A DNA stretch of 61,772 nt, filler included, from an uncultured Clostridia bacterium (GCA_964441745.1; 3 parts of 3 records of this genome joined end to end with filler, not necessarily neighbours in it), one strand, 5' to 3'. Shown: positions 31,626 through 41,812, numbered from the whole stretch's first letter. Program-made: numbers and translations. The notes: generated by a model from the letters alone, not told the origin.

Positions 31626-31641
31626 TTTTAGGAGTTTTAGC

Positions 31642-32208
31642 TTGAAGAAGGTATTACTACATATTTGCTGCGGGGTGTGCGCCGGGTCAGTAGTGCAAAA
31701 ACTACGGGATGAAGGGTACGAGGTTACTGGGTTTTTTTACAATCCCAACATCTTCCCGGAGGAAGAATACCAACAGCGGCTGGAAGTTGTGAGGAAAGCG
31801 GCTGCCTTGCTGAATTTTGAGTTGGTAGAAGGGATCTACGAACAAGATTTTTGGTATAGAGAGGTCAAAGGATTGGAAGCAGAGAAAGAAGGCGGCAAGC
31901 GTTGTCAGGTTTGTTTCCGGGTGAGATTGGAAAAGACAGCAGAGAAAGCAAAAGAACTAGGGATAGAGCACGTTGCCTCAACTTTGTCAGTCAGCCCGCA
32001 TAAAAATGTGCAGGAGATAAACCAGATCGGTTCTGAAGTGTGCGCTGGTTTTCTGCCGTATGATTTTAAAAAGCAGGATGGTTTTAAGAAGACTATGGAT
32101 TTTGCCAAAGAGCATGATTTTTACCGGCAACATTATTGTGGCTGTGAGAGTTCACGAATAGAAGCCGAATTAAGGGATGCGAATAAGAGCCGAATAAAAA
32201 CTAAGTAA
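31642..32208 (+). CDS. queH: Epoxyqueuosine reductase QueH (DUF208)
   Basis: LLHICCGVC, FFYNPNI, EGGKRCQVCF, STLSVSPHK, YRQHYCGC. Confidence 0.9.
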   Translation: MKKVLLHICCGVCAGSVVQKLRDEGYEVTGFFYNPNIFPEEEYQQRLEVVRKAAALLNFELVEGIYEQDFWYREVKGLEAEKEGGKRCQVCFRVRLEKTAEKAKELGIEHVASTLSVSPHKNVQEINQIGSEVCAGFLPYDFKKQDGFKKTMDFAKEHDFYRQHYCGCESSRIEAELRDANKSRIKTK

Positions 32209-32224
32209 TTTGCAAAGGATTGTC

Positions 32225-32857
32225 ATGATCAAGGCGGTGATATTTGACCTGGATGGCACGCTGGTTGATGCCTACCGGGCGATCGAGAAAAGTCTTAATT
32301 TTACTTTACAGTCTTTAGGATATAAGAAGGTCAGTTATGACCAGGTCCGCCGCGCGGTCGGACTTGGGGATAAGCACTTTATCGCTCAATTTGTAAAAGC
32401 AGCGGATACAGCCAAGGGTTTGGCTTTATACAGGAAACATCACCAGGTATCGTTGCAGCGATATGTAACATTGAAACCGCAGGTCAGAAAGATTTTATCA
32501 TCCTTGCAAGGCCGGGGAATTAAATTGGCTATAGCCAGCAACCGTCCGACAAAATTCAGCCAGGTCTTGATCCGGCACCTGGACCTGGAGCAGTATTTTG
32601 ATCTGATAGTCTGCGCTGACCAGAAACATGAACTGAAACCAGAACCATATTTATTGAAAAAAGCGCTGAAGCGCTTCAAAATAAAACCTCAGGAAGCCCT
32701 GTATGTCGGGGATATGGTGTATGATGTCGAAGCCGGGAAGAACGCTAAGGTTAAATCCATAGCTATCCTTGGCGGCTCCTGCAGCCGGAAAGAGCTGGCA
32801 GCACTAAACCCGTATAAAATAATCACTAAACTAAAACAGTTATTGAAAATTATATAA
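32225..32857 (+). CDS. HAD-superfamily phosphatase (Gph-like)
   Basis: FDLDGTLVD, IASN, KPEP, YVGDMVYD. Confidence 0.88.
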   Translation: MIKAVIFDLDGTLVDAYRAIEKSLNFTLQSLGYKKVSYDQVRRAVGLGDKHFIAQFVKAADTAKGLALYRKHHQVSLQRYVTLKPQVRKILSSLQGRGIKLAIASNRPTKFSQVLIRHLDLEQYFDLIVCADQKHELKPEPYLLKKALKRFKIKPQEALYVGDMVYDVEAGKNAKVKSIAILGGSCSRKELAALNPYKIITKLKQLLKII

Positions 32858-32915
32858 ATATAATAATCCGCGAAATCATGTTCTGGAATCCGCGTAATTT
32901 TAAAGGAGCGAATCT

Positions 32916-33329
32916 ATGAAAAGCTACTCTGAAGAGATATGGTTTAACACCAAAAATCGCTATGAGTTTGTTAATATTACCGGCCAGGTTGAGGCAGCGG
33001 TGAAAAAAAGCGGGGTCAAGGAAGGATTATGCCTGGTTAATGCCATGCATATTACAGCCTCTGTGTTTATCAATGACAATGAGCCGGGACTACACCGTGA
33101 TTTCATGAAGTGGCTGGAAAGGTTAGCTCCTTACAGCAAAGAAAAATATGAGCACAATGTCGGTGAGGATAACGGCGATGCGCACCTAAAACGGACAGTG
33201 ATGGGCCGGGAAGTGGTAGTGGCAATCACGAATGGTGAATTGCATTTCGGTCCGTGGGAGCAGATATTTTACGGGGAATTTGACGGGATGCGGAAGAAGA
33301 GAGTGCTGATAAAGATTATAGGGGAATAA
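32916..33329 (+). CDS. yjbQ: YjbQ/UPF0047 family protein
   Basis: [32 protein letters not shown]. Confidence 0.9.
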   Translation: MKSYSEEIWFNTKNRYEFVNITGQVEAAVKKSGVKEGLCLVNAMHITASVFINDNEPGLHRDFMKWLERLAPYSKEKYEHNVGEDNGDAHLKRTVMGREVVVAITNGELHFGPWEQIFYGEFDGMRKKRVLIKIIGE

Positions 33330-33335
33330 GTAATA

Positions 33336-33506
33336 CAAATCCGAAATCCGAATATCTAATTACTAAACAATATCTAATTTCAAAATACAAAACATTTAGA
33401 AAATTAGAATTTAGAAATTTGAACTTGTTTACCTGTCCCCGCGTCTTTGATTTGTCCCATAGGACAAATCAGCAGGGGAGAGTTTAGATATTAGTGCTTA
33501 GAATTT
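33336..33506. repeat. Heptamer-arm element with nested 52-bp hairpin; 33410-33501 is a perfect inverted copy of 35608-35699
   Basis: Base-by-base comparison over 92 bp. Confidence 0.92.
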
Positions 33507-33527
33507 ATTTTAGTATTGGAGGGGAGT

Positions 33528-33926
33528 ATGGACTTAAAGGAAAAAAAGAAATTGGCGCAAGGGGGATTGGAAGCGAAGTTGCCGCAGTTGGAGGTATTTC
33601 CGAATTTATTCAAGGATTATAAGATCACTATCTCTGTGCCTGAATATACTTCGCTTTGCCCGCATACAGCTTTGCCTGATTTTGCGACTATTACCATACA
33701 ATATATACCTGATAAACTGTGCGTGGAGCTGAAGTCATTCAAATATTATATTTTGGGATATCGCAACCTGGGTATTTCCCATGAAAATGCTGTGAACAGG
33801 ATCCTGAAAGATTTCACTGCGGCTTGCAAGCCAAAATGGGCTGGTATTAAAGGAGTATTCACTCCCAGAGGCGGGATCATTACTACAGTGGAAGCTGAGT
33901 ACGGCAAGAGGGGTAAAGATTATTAA
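33528..33926 (+). CDS. queF: NADPH-dependent preQ0 reductase QueF
   Basis: EYTSLCP..LPDF, ELKSFKYY, SHENAVNRI, FTPRGGI. Confidence 0.92.
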   Translation: MDLKEKKKLAQGGLEAKLPQLEVFPNLFKDYKITISVPEYTSLCPHTALPDFATITIQYIPDKLCVELKSFKYYILGYRNLGISHENAVNRILKDFTAACKPKWAGIKGVFTPRGGIITTVEAEYGKRGKDY

Positions 33927-33946
33927 AGAGGGAGCAAATGGCCGCT

Positions 33947-34321
33947 TTATTCTTCGCTATTCGTAGTAGAAATTGTAGCGGCTACTTCGTACACGCCTTC
34001 TAATAGAGAGCTGGTATAGAAAATAGCAGCCTTGGTGTCTCCGGTAAAGACCAGGGTATCAGCCAAATGTTCACCCATAGTGATTGAGGTCGCCCCGGCA
34101 GGTAAAGCTATAGCGGTTTCATAATCATAAGTACCGCTATCAATATAACCGATAGTTTTGCTTTCCCCGCTGGCCAAAGTATGGGCCGTCCCTTGGAAAT
34201 TTAAAGTGACTGCGGCTAAAGCCTGATTGGTGACAACGAGTTCATTATTGCCATTCAGATCGTCATCGCTGCAACCAACACTCAGTACCAAAAGTAACAT
34301 GAGCAACAAGATTTTTTTCAT
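33947..34321 (-). CDS. Small lipoprotein
   Basis: MKK-hydrophobic-LSVGC lipobox. Confidence 0.75.
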   Translation of the reverse strand: MKKILLLMLLLVLSVGCSDDDLNGNNELVVTNQALAAVTLNFQGTAHTLASGESKTIGYIDSGTYDYETAIALPAGATSITMGEHLADTLVFTGDTKAAIFYTSSLLEGVYEVAATISTTNSEE

Positions 34322-34423
34322 AATAATAGTTCCCTCCGTTGTATTAAGGGGAATTAATGAACTTTAATGTTATTTAACATATTTTATAGTTATTAGCAAG
34401 TTTTTTTTTAAGATAGGATATTT

Positions 34424-35599
34424 ATGCCCTTGAAAATAATGCTCAAAAAAAATGAGGAAAAAAGATTATTAGCCGGACATCTCTGGGTGTTTTCCAATGA
34501 GATCGACCATTTTACCGGAGAGATCAACAACGGTGATATCGCCGAAGTTGTCTCCAGCCAAAATATGTTTTTGGGATTAGGATTAGTTAATAAGAATTCC
34601 CTGATCGCAGTCAGGATCCTGACCAGAGAACGGGAAGAGATCGATCTGGCGTTTTTTAGCAGGCGCATTAGCCAGGCCTATCATTTGCGCCAAGAACTGT
34701 ATCCAGGGGAAAGATCATATCGTCTGGTTTATGGAGAGAGCGATTTTCTGCCCGGGTTGATCATTGATAAATATGAAAATTACCTGGTAGCGCAAGTATT
34801 GAGCCTGGGCATGGAGCAGAGGCTGGAATTGATCGGACAGGCTCTGGTTGAGATTTTTAAGCCGGTAGGGATCTATCTCCGCAATGATGTTGAAGTAAGA
34901 ACACTAGAGGGTATGGAGTTATATAAAAAGCCGTTATTTGGCCCGGAACCTTCAGGTAATCTGGTGATCGAACAGAATGGACTGGATTACAAGGTAGATA
35001 TCATGAGCGGCCAGAAAACCGGATTCTTTTTTGACCAGCGTGATAACCGTGAGGCGCTGAAGAACTATGTTTCACGCAAGAATGTCCTGGATTGTTTTTG
35101 TTATAATGGCGGATTTTCCATCTCCGCTGTAAAATATGAGTGTCTTAAAGTGACTGGGGTGGACGCCTCAAAAGAGGCGGTCAAAGAGGCGCAGGAAAAT
35201 GCCGGATTGAATGGATTTAATAATTGTGAATTTGTCGCTAGTGATGTATTTGATTACTTGACTGAGGCAGTGGTGAAAAATTCATTGTTTGATGTAGTTA
35301 ATGTTGACCCGCCATCGTTTACCAAGACTAAGAAGAACCTGCCGCAAGCGATCAAAGGATACCGCAAATTAAATGGCTTAGCCATGCAGGCAGTAAAAAA
35401 GGGCGGCATCCTGGTCTCTTCATCATGCTCGCACTACATGGATGAAGATACTTTTATTAATATGCTCAAAGACAGCGCCTTGCGTTCCAAACGTACACTG
35501 CGTTTGCTGGAATTCCGCGGCCAGGCCAAGGATCATCCAGTACTATTATCCATGCCGGAAACAGCGTACCTGAAATGCGCGATAATACAGGTACTATAA
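34424..35599 (+). CDS. rlmI: RlmI-like SAM-dependent rRNA m5C methyltransferase (PUA + MTase)
   Basis: GHLWVFSNEI, ESDFLPGLIID, GQKTGFFFDQR, DPPSF, SSCS, YLK. Confidence 0.85.
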   Translation: MPLKIMLKKNEEKRLLAGHLWVFSNEIDHFTGEINNGDIAEVVSSQNMFLGLGLVNKNSLIAVRILTREREEIDLAFFSRRISQAYHLRQELYPGERSYRLVYGESDFLPGLIIDKYENYLVAQVLSLGMEQRLELIGQALVEIFKPVGIYLRNDVEVRTLEGMELYKKPLFGPEPSGNLVIEQNGLDYKVDIMSGQKTGFFFDQRDNREALKNYVSRKNVLDCFCYNGGFSISAVKYECLKVTGVDASKEAVKEAQENAGLNGFNNCEFVASDVFDYLTEAVVKNSLFDVVNVDPPSFTKTKKNLPQAIKGYRKLNGLAMQAVKKGGILVSSSCSHYMDEDTFINMLKDSALRSKRTLRLLEFRGQAKDHPVLLSMPETAYLKCAIIQVL

Positions 35600-35602
35600 G
35601 TC

Positions 35603-35750
35603 AAATCCTAAGCACTAATATCTAAACTCTCCCCTGCTGATTTGTCCTATGGGACAAATCAAAGACGCGGGGACAGGTAAACAAGTTCAAATTTCTAAAC
35701 TCTAATTTCTAAACGTTGTTTAGGATTTAGATATTAGAATTTCGGATTTG
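35603..35750. repeat. Heptamer-arm element with nested 52-bp hairpin (35627-35678)
   Basis: Inverted copy of 33336-33506. Confidence 0.92.
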
Positions 35751-35768
35751 TCTTAAATTGGGGGTTTC

Positions 35769-36251
35769 ATGAAAGCTCTGATCGTTTATTACACAGAAAC
35801 CGGTAATACCAGAAAACTGGCGCATTTGATTGGCGAATATCTGCATGACCAGGGGTGGGCAGTGGATGAGCGCTGGCTCCAGGCTCCGAGTGAACCGAAA
35901 TCATTCCTGGGTAAGTGTTTCAAGGCCTTTTTCCGCCTCAGGACCAAAGTGGAAAGCACCTTTGTAGTAGTATCACCGTATGATCTGGCCTGTTTTGGCT
36001 CCCCGGTATGGGCTTTTGAACCAGTTCCAGCGATGCGTAGCTATCTACAGGATTGTGTTGGATTGGTAGGAAAAAAGACATTGGCCTTTGTGACCTATGG
36101 CAGTGGTTTGGGCAAAGACCGGTGCCTGGGAAATATGGCTAAGATATTAAAAAAGAAAGAAGCCCGGGAAGTAAGGCTTCTTAGTGTCGCTAGCACAGAT
36201 ATTAATAACATAGATGAAGTAAAAGGATTGATCAGGGAAATTTTAGGGTAG
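35769..36251 (+). CDS. Flavodoxin-like protein
   Basis: IVYYTETGNT, FGSPVW, FVTYGSG. Confidence 0.8.
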   Translation: MKALIVYYTETGNTRKLAHLIGEYLHDQGWAVDERWLQAPSEPKSFLGKCFKAFFRLRTKVESTFVVVSPYDLACFGSPVWAFEPVPAMRSYLQDCVGLVGKKTLAFVTYGSGLGKDRCLGNMAKILKKKEAREVRLLSVASTDINNIDEVKGLIREILG

Positions 36252-36293
36252 GATTTAAAACCTTAACTCAAAACTCAAAACTTTTAACTGCTT

Positions 36294-37880
36294 TTATAAA
36301 TATACTTTATAATCTATATACGGGAATATGTTATCGCGGTACTCAAGCTCGCGTAACCAGCTTTCGTCAATAGTATTATTTTTCAGGTCATCATAAAGCT
36401 TCAGGAAACGGTTGATGTGATCTTTCGTTCTCTTCTCCGCGTACGCTACCATGGTGCCCATGGCCATGATAAAGGCCCAGTCGCTCGATTGGGCTAACAG
36501 CAATTCCCGCGCCGCCTGGTTCAAGGCCCTGATCCGCAAGCCATTGCTTTCCTCCCGGTTATCCTGCGCCAATTCAATCATCCGGCTCTGCGCTTTGTGC
36601 AAGTGCCGGTAGATCCAGTCATTGGTGCCCTGGAGCCAGCATTCATGATATCCTTTGTCTCCCCAGCTGGAAGCTGCCGGAACTGAAACCTGGTTCTTAG
36701 GATTCTCTTTCAAATATTCACTGGCCGTGATCATTTTGATCTCATCCTGGTCGCAGGCGATCTTGCGGATCAGGAAATTCAGGAAGTCAGGACCTTCAAA
36801 CCACCAATGTCCGAACAGTTCAGCGTCATATTGCGCCACAATGACCGGTTTTTTCCCCAGAAAATCGTTTAAGTGCTCTATCTGTTTTTGCCGGTTAAAC
36901 ATAAAATTGCCGGCATGTGAAGCTGCTGCTTCCTTGGCTTCAGCAGGATTATAAGGCTGTTTTCCGCCTAAGGTTGTTTTGCCGGTGATCTTGTAATATT
37001 TGACACCTATATTACGCCTGACCCCGTCATTATGGAGATAAGGGCGAATATAATCATATTCCAGGTCATAACCAATATCACGGTAGAACTCGCGGTACCG
37101 AAAATCACCCGGATATCCGTCTGTCGCGCTCCATACCTGCCGGGAAGATTCAATGTCCCTGCTGAAAGCAGCTACGCCGCTAGGGCAGAAAACAGGAGCG
37201 TAAACGCCGTACTTGGGCCGCGGTTCGGCAAAGAGTAACCCGTGGGTCTCCATGAAAAAGTACCTGATCTTTTCATCCCGCAATAGCTGGTCATCACCGA
37301 TCTCATAAGCGCACTCCGGCAGCCAGATACCCCTTGGCGGTTGGCCAAACCTGGCAGTATAATCCTGTACCGCGACTCTTACCTGGGCACGCTTAGCCTG
37401 CTGGGTTAGCATCAGTGGCAAATAGCCATGGGTAGCCCCGCAAGTAATAATCTCCAATTTTCCCAGATCCTGGAATTTCTTAAAGGCATTTAAAAGATTA
37501 CGGCCATATTTTTCCTCAAAGATATACCTGGCCATTTTGAAATGGTTTTCATACATTTGGGCCACTGGTACAAAGGCTGGCTGGAATTGCAGCCTGGTAT
37601 TTTCTTTTTCAGATAGTTCTATTAGCTTCCAGATATGGCGCAGATACCGGTCTTGCAGTAATGGGTCGCTGAGCATGGCGCATAATGGAGGGGTTAGGCT
37701 CATGGTGATACGGAAATCAATGCCATCCTGAACCAGGTTATCCATCATGTTGATGAGAGGTATATAGGTTTCGCTGATGGCTTCATAGAGCCAGTCTTCT
37801 TCCAAAAAGTCTTCATGTTCCGGATGACGGACAAAAGGAAGATGCGCGTGTAATACTAAACAGAGGTAACCTTTTTGCAT
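36294..37880 (-). CDS. GH57 1,4-alpha-glucan branching enzyme (DUF1957 C-terminus)
   Basis: VLHAHLPFV, GIWLPEC, YDAELFGHWWFEG, LLLAQSSDWAFI. Confidence 0.92.
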   Translation of the reverse strand: MQKGYLCLVLHAHLPFVRHPEHEDFLEEDWLYEAISETYIPLINMMDNLVQDGIDFRITMSLTPPLCAMLSDPLLQDRYLRHIWKLIELSEKENTRLQFQPAFVPVAQMYENHFKMARYIFEEKYGRNLLNAFKKFQDLGKLEIITCGATHGYLPLMLTQQAKRAQVRVAVQDYTARFGQPPRGIWLPECAYEIGDDQLLRDEKIRYFFMETHGLLFAEPRPKYGVYAPVFCPSGVAAFSRDIESSRQVWSATDGYPGDFRYREFYRDIGYDLEYDYIRPYLHNDGVRRNIGVKYYKITGKTTLGGKQPYNPAEAKEAAASHAGNFMFNRQKQIEHLNDFLGKKPVIVAQYDAELFGHWWFEGPDFLNFLIRKIACDQDEIKMITASEYLKENPKNQVSVPAASSWGDKGYHECWLQGTNDWIYRHLHKAQSRMIELAQDNREESNGLRIRALNQAARELLLAQSSDWAFIMAMGTMVAYAEKRTKDHINRFLKLYDDLKNNTIDESWLRELEYRDNIFPYIDYKVYL

Positions 37881-37915
37881 AATGCCTCTACTTGCAGTTA
37901 TAATTAAAAAGTTTT

Positions 37916-37952
37916 TCCGCTTGCAGCGGATCCGCCAATCTTTCGGGGCGGA
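37916..37952. repeat. Double hairpin TCCGC..GCGGA TCCGCC..GGCGGA
   Basis: Related to 13748-13777, with different loops. Confidence 0.75.
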
Positions 37953-38026
37953 AAGTGTCTATAAAAATAGCTATAACGAATTATTAGGAAGTAGCTAATT
38001 AAATCGTTATAGCCGAGGATTATCCA

Positions 38027-38908
38027 CTATTTCGTTTTTCTTTTGGCGGTAATAGTGATCTGCCGGGTATCTATAGTATCAGCGGAAATAGCTTTAATGG
38101 GTATGGTAAGCTCGCCATCCGGGAAGGAAAATCGTAAGCTGAAGGTCCCGTCCGGCCTTAACTTTACCGGTTTACCTTGCACGGTAAGCAAGGCATCAGG
38201 TTCTGTCGCCCCATAGACTATCAGCTCAGCATCCGCGATCAGCCAGAAGCCGCGTTTTTCCGGCCGGACCGGCCCGGCTCCGCTGCCGCTTTTGGAGGAA
38301 ACTGCCAACACTGATTCCAGTCTCTGGGCCAGGATCTTGATCGCTTCGGCGCTGGAAGCGCCAATTTTATCTATACCTGACAATTTCATCAGTTTTTCAA
38401 AGTCTTCTTTAACCAGCATCCATTGTTCATCATAAATATCAGAGACACTGCCGGCTGGTGTTGCTACTACATTGGAACGGGCTAAGGTGATGAACACGCC
38501 GTCATCTGCCAGCAGTCCAAGGTCAGCGCAATAACTGCGTTTGGGCATTCCTACATAGATATACCAGTTTTTGGATTCAGGGGTGATGAAGATATCAAAA
38601 CTGCGGTTGGCGTTATTCCCATTGAAGTTGATATTAGTAACATCATAGACCCGGATAGCGGCTTTGGCTTTCTGGAAAATGTTGGAGCCGTATTTTTGGG
38701 TAATTTCGTTCCTGGTCTTTTCGCTTATTTCCCAGTAGGCAAAGATCCATTGCGGGTCACGGGGCAATAAAACAATTAGAGTATCGCCATAACCGTCAGG
38801 CAAGGGACCGCCGCGATCAATATAGCCTTGTTCGTTAGAAGAGCCGCCTTTGGAGCTGGTGCCACCGGAAGAAGCATTAAAAGGTGAGTTGTTTTTGTCA
38901 TCAGGCAT
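38027..38908 (-). CDS. DUF4912 domain protein
   Basis: LLPRDPQWIFAYWE, ARSN, ELIVYGATEPDA..DGTFSLRF; upstream of GH57. Confidence 0.85.
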   Translation of the reverse strand: MPDDKNNSPFNASSGGTSSKGGSSNEQGYIDRGGPLPDGYGDTLIVLLPRDPQWIFAYWEISEKTRNEITQKYGSNIFQKAKAAIRVYDVTNINFNGNNANRSFDIFITPESKNWYIYVGMPKRSYCADLGLLADDGVFITLARSNVVATPAGSVSDIYDEQWMLVKEDFEKLMKLSGIDKIGASSAEAIKILAQRLESVLAVSSKSGSGAGPVRPEKRGFWLIADAELIVYGATEPDALLTVQGKPVKLRPDGTFSLRFSFPDGELTIPIKAISADTIDTRQITITAKRKTK

Positions 38909-38953
38909 GATTATATACCATCCATGTTAATATGATCCGTTTACAATAAAGTA

Positions 38954-38982
38954 ATTTTATCTCATCAAAATTTATTTGTCAA
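38954..38982 (-). promoter_or_regulatory. Sigma70 promoter TTGACA-17-TAAAAT for DUF4912-GH57
   Basis: Near-consensus match with ideal spacing. Confidence 0.7.
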
Positions 38983-39011
38983 CCTTTTTGTTTAAAAATC
39001 ACAATTTTATA

Positions 39012-39040
39012 TTGCGCAGGCAATATAAGTATGGTATAAA
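39012..39040 (+). promoter_or_regulatory. Sigma70 promoter TTGCGC-17-TATAAA (extended -10) for uvrB
   Basis: Motif match; the predicted TSS falls at or next to the ATG. Confidence 0.55.
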
Positions 39041-39046
39041 AACAGT

Positions 39047-41095
39047 ATGAATTTTAAGCTTTTTTCTGACTATAAACCGCAGGGAGACCAGCCCGAAGCG
39101 ATCCGCCAGTTGACTGCCGGATTAGGGGCCGGCGAGGTATACCAGGTACTACTAGGTGTAACTGGCAGCGGTAAAACTTTTACCATGGCTAATGTCATTG
39201 AAAAGGTGAACCGGCCTACCCTGATCATTTCCCATAACAAGACCCTGGCCGCCCAGCTTTACGGTGAATTCAAGCAATTTTTCCCGGAAAACGCGGTAGA
39301 GTACTTTGTTTCCTATTATGACTACTACCAGCCAGAAGCCTATATCCCCCAAACTGATACCTATATTGAAAAAGACTTGGCTATCAATGACCAGATCGAC
39401 CGGCTGCGGCTCAAAGCCACCAGCTCTCTTTTGGAGCGGCGGGATGTTATTATCGTAGCCTCGGTCTCCTGTATCTATAATATCGGTTCACCGGATGAGT
39501 TCCGGCAGGCGCAGGTCGTGCTGGCCAAAGGCACGGAGATCAACCGGGATGAGATAGTCAGGCAGCTGATCAGTATCTATTACGAGCGCAATGATATTGA
39601 TTTTCACCGTGGCACAGTCAGGGTCAAAGGGGAAACAGTGGATATTTTTCCGGCTAATATGGAAACTGCCATCCGGCTGGAACTGGACGGGAATATGATC
39701 AGCCGGATCAGGGAAGTGAACCCGGTCAGCCTGGAAACGATCGCGGAAAAGGATAAAGTATATATTTACCCGGCCAAACACTATGTGACCAGTACTCCCC
39801 AGTTTGAAAAGGCCATGGACAATATTAAGACAGAGCTGGAGCAAACCCTGGCGGAGATGAGAAGCCAGAATAAACTGTTAGAAGCCCAGCGCCTGGAACA
39901 GCGCACCAATTTTGACCTGGAAATGATCCGGGAGATCGGCTATTGCAGCGGGATCGAAAATTATTCCCGCCATTTTGATAACCGCCAGCCAGGTGAACGC
40001 CCAAAATGCCTGATCGATTATTTTCCGGAAGAGTACCTGATGTTCATTGATGAATCCCATGTGACCATTCCCCAATTGAACGGGATGTACCATGGGGACA
40101 GGTCCCGCAAACAAACCTTGATTGATTATGGTTTCCGGCTGCCCAGCGCCATTGATAACCGGCCTTTGAAATTTGCAGAAATAGAGTCATTAATGAAGCA
40201 AGTCATCTTTGTTTCAGCTACCCCGGCCAAATTCGAACTGGAGAAAACAAAGGGGGTCATAGTAGAGCAGGTCATCCGGCCGACCGGGTTGGTGGATCCG
40301 GAGATCGTGATCCGGCCGAGTAAAGGGCAGATCGATGACCTGATCAAGGAAGTCATGGAGCGGGTAGCTAAGCATCATCGTACTCTGGTGACCACCCTGA
40401 CTAAACGGATGGCCGAGGACCTGACTGATTTCCTGCTGGATAAGGGCCTGCGGGTCAAATATCTGCATTCAGAAATTGACACCCTGGAGCGGGTGGAGAT
40501 ATTGCGGGACCTGCGCAAAGGCGAGTTTGACTGCCTGGTCGGGGTCAACCTGTTGAGGGAAGGGTTGGACCTGCCGGAGGTTTCCCTGGTGGCGATCATG
40601 GACGCGGATAAAGAAGGATTTTTACGGTCCGAGACCTCGCTGGTCCAGGTGTGCGGGAGAGCGGCGAGAAATGTGGACGGGAAAGTATTAATGTACGCTG
40701 ACAACATGACTGGTTCGATGCAGCGGGCGATCAGCGAGATCAAGCGCCGCCGGATCAAACAAATGGAATATAATAAGATACACCAGATCACGCCGCGGAC
40801 CATCCAGAAAGCGATCCAGGACCTGGCTGAGTTCACCTCTGTGGCTAAACAGAAGATCTATAGTTTTGTCAGGGACGAAGGATATAAGTATACGCCGGAG
40901 AAAGCTACCCCGGCTTTGCTCAAGGATCTGGAACGGCAGATGCGGGAAGCTGCGGATAATCTTGATTTTGAACTGGCAATTATGCTGCGTAATAGGTTAT
41001 TGGAGCTGTCTAAAGCAGTAAAAGCGAAAAACAGTCTAAGCGAGGAGCAGTTGCCAGTAAAAGATAAGAGCAATAAGAGCAAGAAAAAGCAGTAA
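39047..41095 (+). CDS. uvrB: Excinuclease ABC subunit B
   Basis: [40 protein letters not shown]-terminal UVR domain. Confidence 0.98.
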   Translation: MNFKLFSDYKPQGDQPEAIRQLTAGLGAGEVYQVLLGVTGSGKTFTMANVIEKVNRPTLIISHNKTLAAQLYGEFKQFFPENAVEYFVSYYDYYQPEAYIPQTDTYIEKDLAINDQIDRLRLKATSSLLERRDVIIVASVSCIYNIGSPDEFRQAQVVLAKGTEINRDEIVRQLISIYYERNDIDFHRGTVRVKGETVDIFPANMETAIRLELDGNMISRIREVNPVSLETIAEKDKVYIYPAKHYVTSTPQFEKAMDNIKTELEQTLAEMRSQNKLLEAQRLEQRTNFDLEMIREIGYCSGIENYSRHFDNRQPGERPKCLIDYFPEEYLMFIDESHVTIPQLNGMYHGDRSRKQTLIDYGFRLPSAIDNRPLKFAEIESLMKQVIFVSATPAKFELEKTKGVIVEQVIRPTGLVDPEIVIRPSKGQIDDLIKEVMERVAKHHRTLVTTLTKRMAEDLTDFLLDKGLRVKYLHSEIDTLERVEILRDLRKGEFDCLVGVNLLREGLDLPEVSLVAIMDADKEGFLRSETSLVQVCGRAARNVDGKVLMYADNMTGSMQRAISEIKRRRIKQMEYNKIHQITPRTIQKAIQDLAEFTSVAKQKIYSFVRDEGYKYTPEKATPALLKDLERQMREAADNLDFELAIMLRNRLLELSKAVKAKNSLSEEQLPVKDKSNKSKKKQ

Positions 41096-41096
41096 G

Positions 41097-41200
41097 AGGT
41101 TGAAAGTTGTAGAAGTAGGTATGGAAGTAGGTCTGAAGTTTATAGTTTAGAGCCTAACACCCATAGACCTCAGACTAAACTTACTTCCAAACCATACGCC
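41097..41200. repeat. Palindromic element, GAAGTAGGTATGG family
   Basis: Closely matches the reverse complement of 55037-55150. Confidence 0.85.
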
Positions 41201-41230
41201 AAATAACCGTTTTCACAAAAAGGAGGAGAT

Positions 41231-41731
41231 ATGAAAAAAACAGTGCTGATAGTGTTACTATTGTTACTCTGCGCCGTTGTGGCGGAGGCGAGGGTGGAAG
41301 AGCCAAAATACCATTTTGGTATTGGCCTGTTCCTGGGAGAGCCAACCGGATTGACCGGTAAGTATTGGCTCAATAATAAGGAAGCTTACGATCTGACGAC
41401 CAGTTTCCGGTTCGGCGATTATTTTTATTTGTCTGCGGCCTATCTTTACCACAATTATGATGTTTTTAAAAACATGGAGGAACCAGGGACTGCGGCGCTT
41501 TATTATGGCGGGGGTATACGTTTCGTGGCTGACAGTGACCATAATTATCACAAGCATTTTGACGATGAGGAATATGATGCGATATTTGGCTTGCGCGGTA
41601 CGGTCGGCGCTAATTATATTTTCCCTAAACATCCTTTTGAATTATTCATAGAATTTTCACCGATCATGGATATCGTCCCGGGTACGGACCTGGATTTCAG
41701 CGTTGGCTTGGGGGCCAGGTTCCTCTGGTAA
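41231..41731 (+). CDS. Small outer-membrane beta-barrel protein
   Basis: Signal peptide, FGIGLFLGEPTGLTGKYW, C-terminal GLGARFLW. Confidence 0.72.
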   Translation: MKKTVLIVLLLLLCAVVAEARVEEPKYHFGIGLFLGEPTGLTGKYWLNNKEAYDLTTSFRFGDYFYLSAAYLYHNYDVFKNMEEPGTAALYYGGGIRFVADSDHNYHKHFDDEEYDAIFGLRGTVGANYIFPKHPFELFIEFSPIMDIVPGTDLDFSVGLGARFLW

Positions 41732-41812
41732 GATGGGTAAAAAAATACTGGTAATATGATCGCAAAAGGGGATATAATAATATATCATAACGGCTAAACA
41801 AGGAGGAAGGCA

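Noticed and set aside
33330-33527. preQ1 riboswitch upstream of queF (also checked upstream of queH)
   Set aside because: These regions are occupied by dispersed repeat elements found at unrelated genes; no preQ1 aptamer pattern was recognised by eye. An Rfam scan would be decisive.
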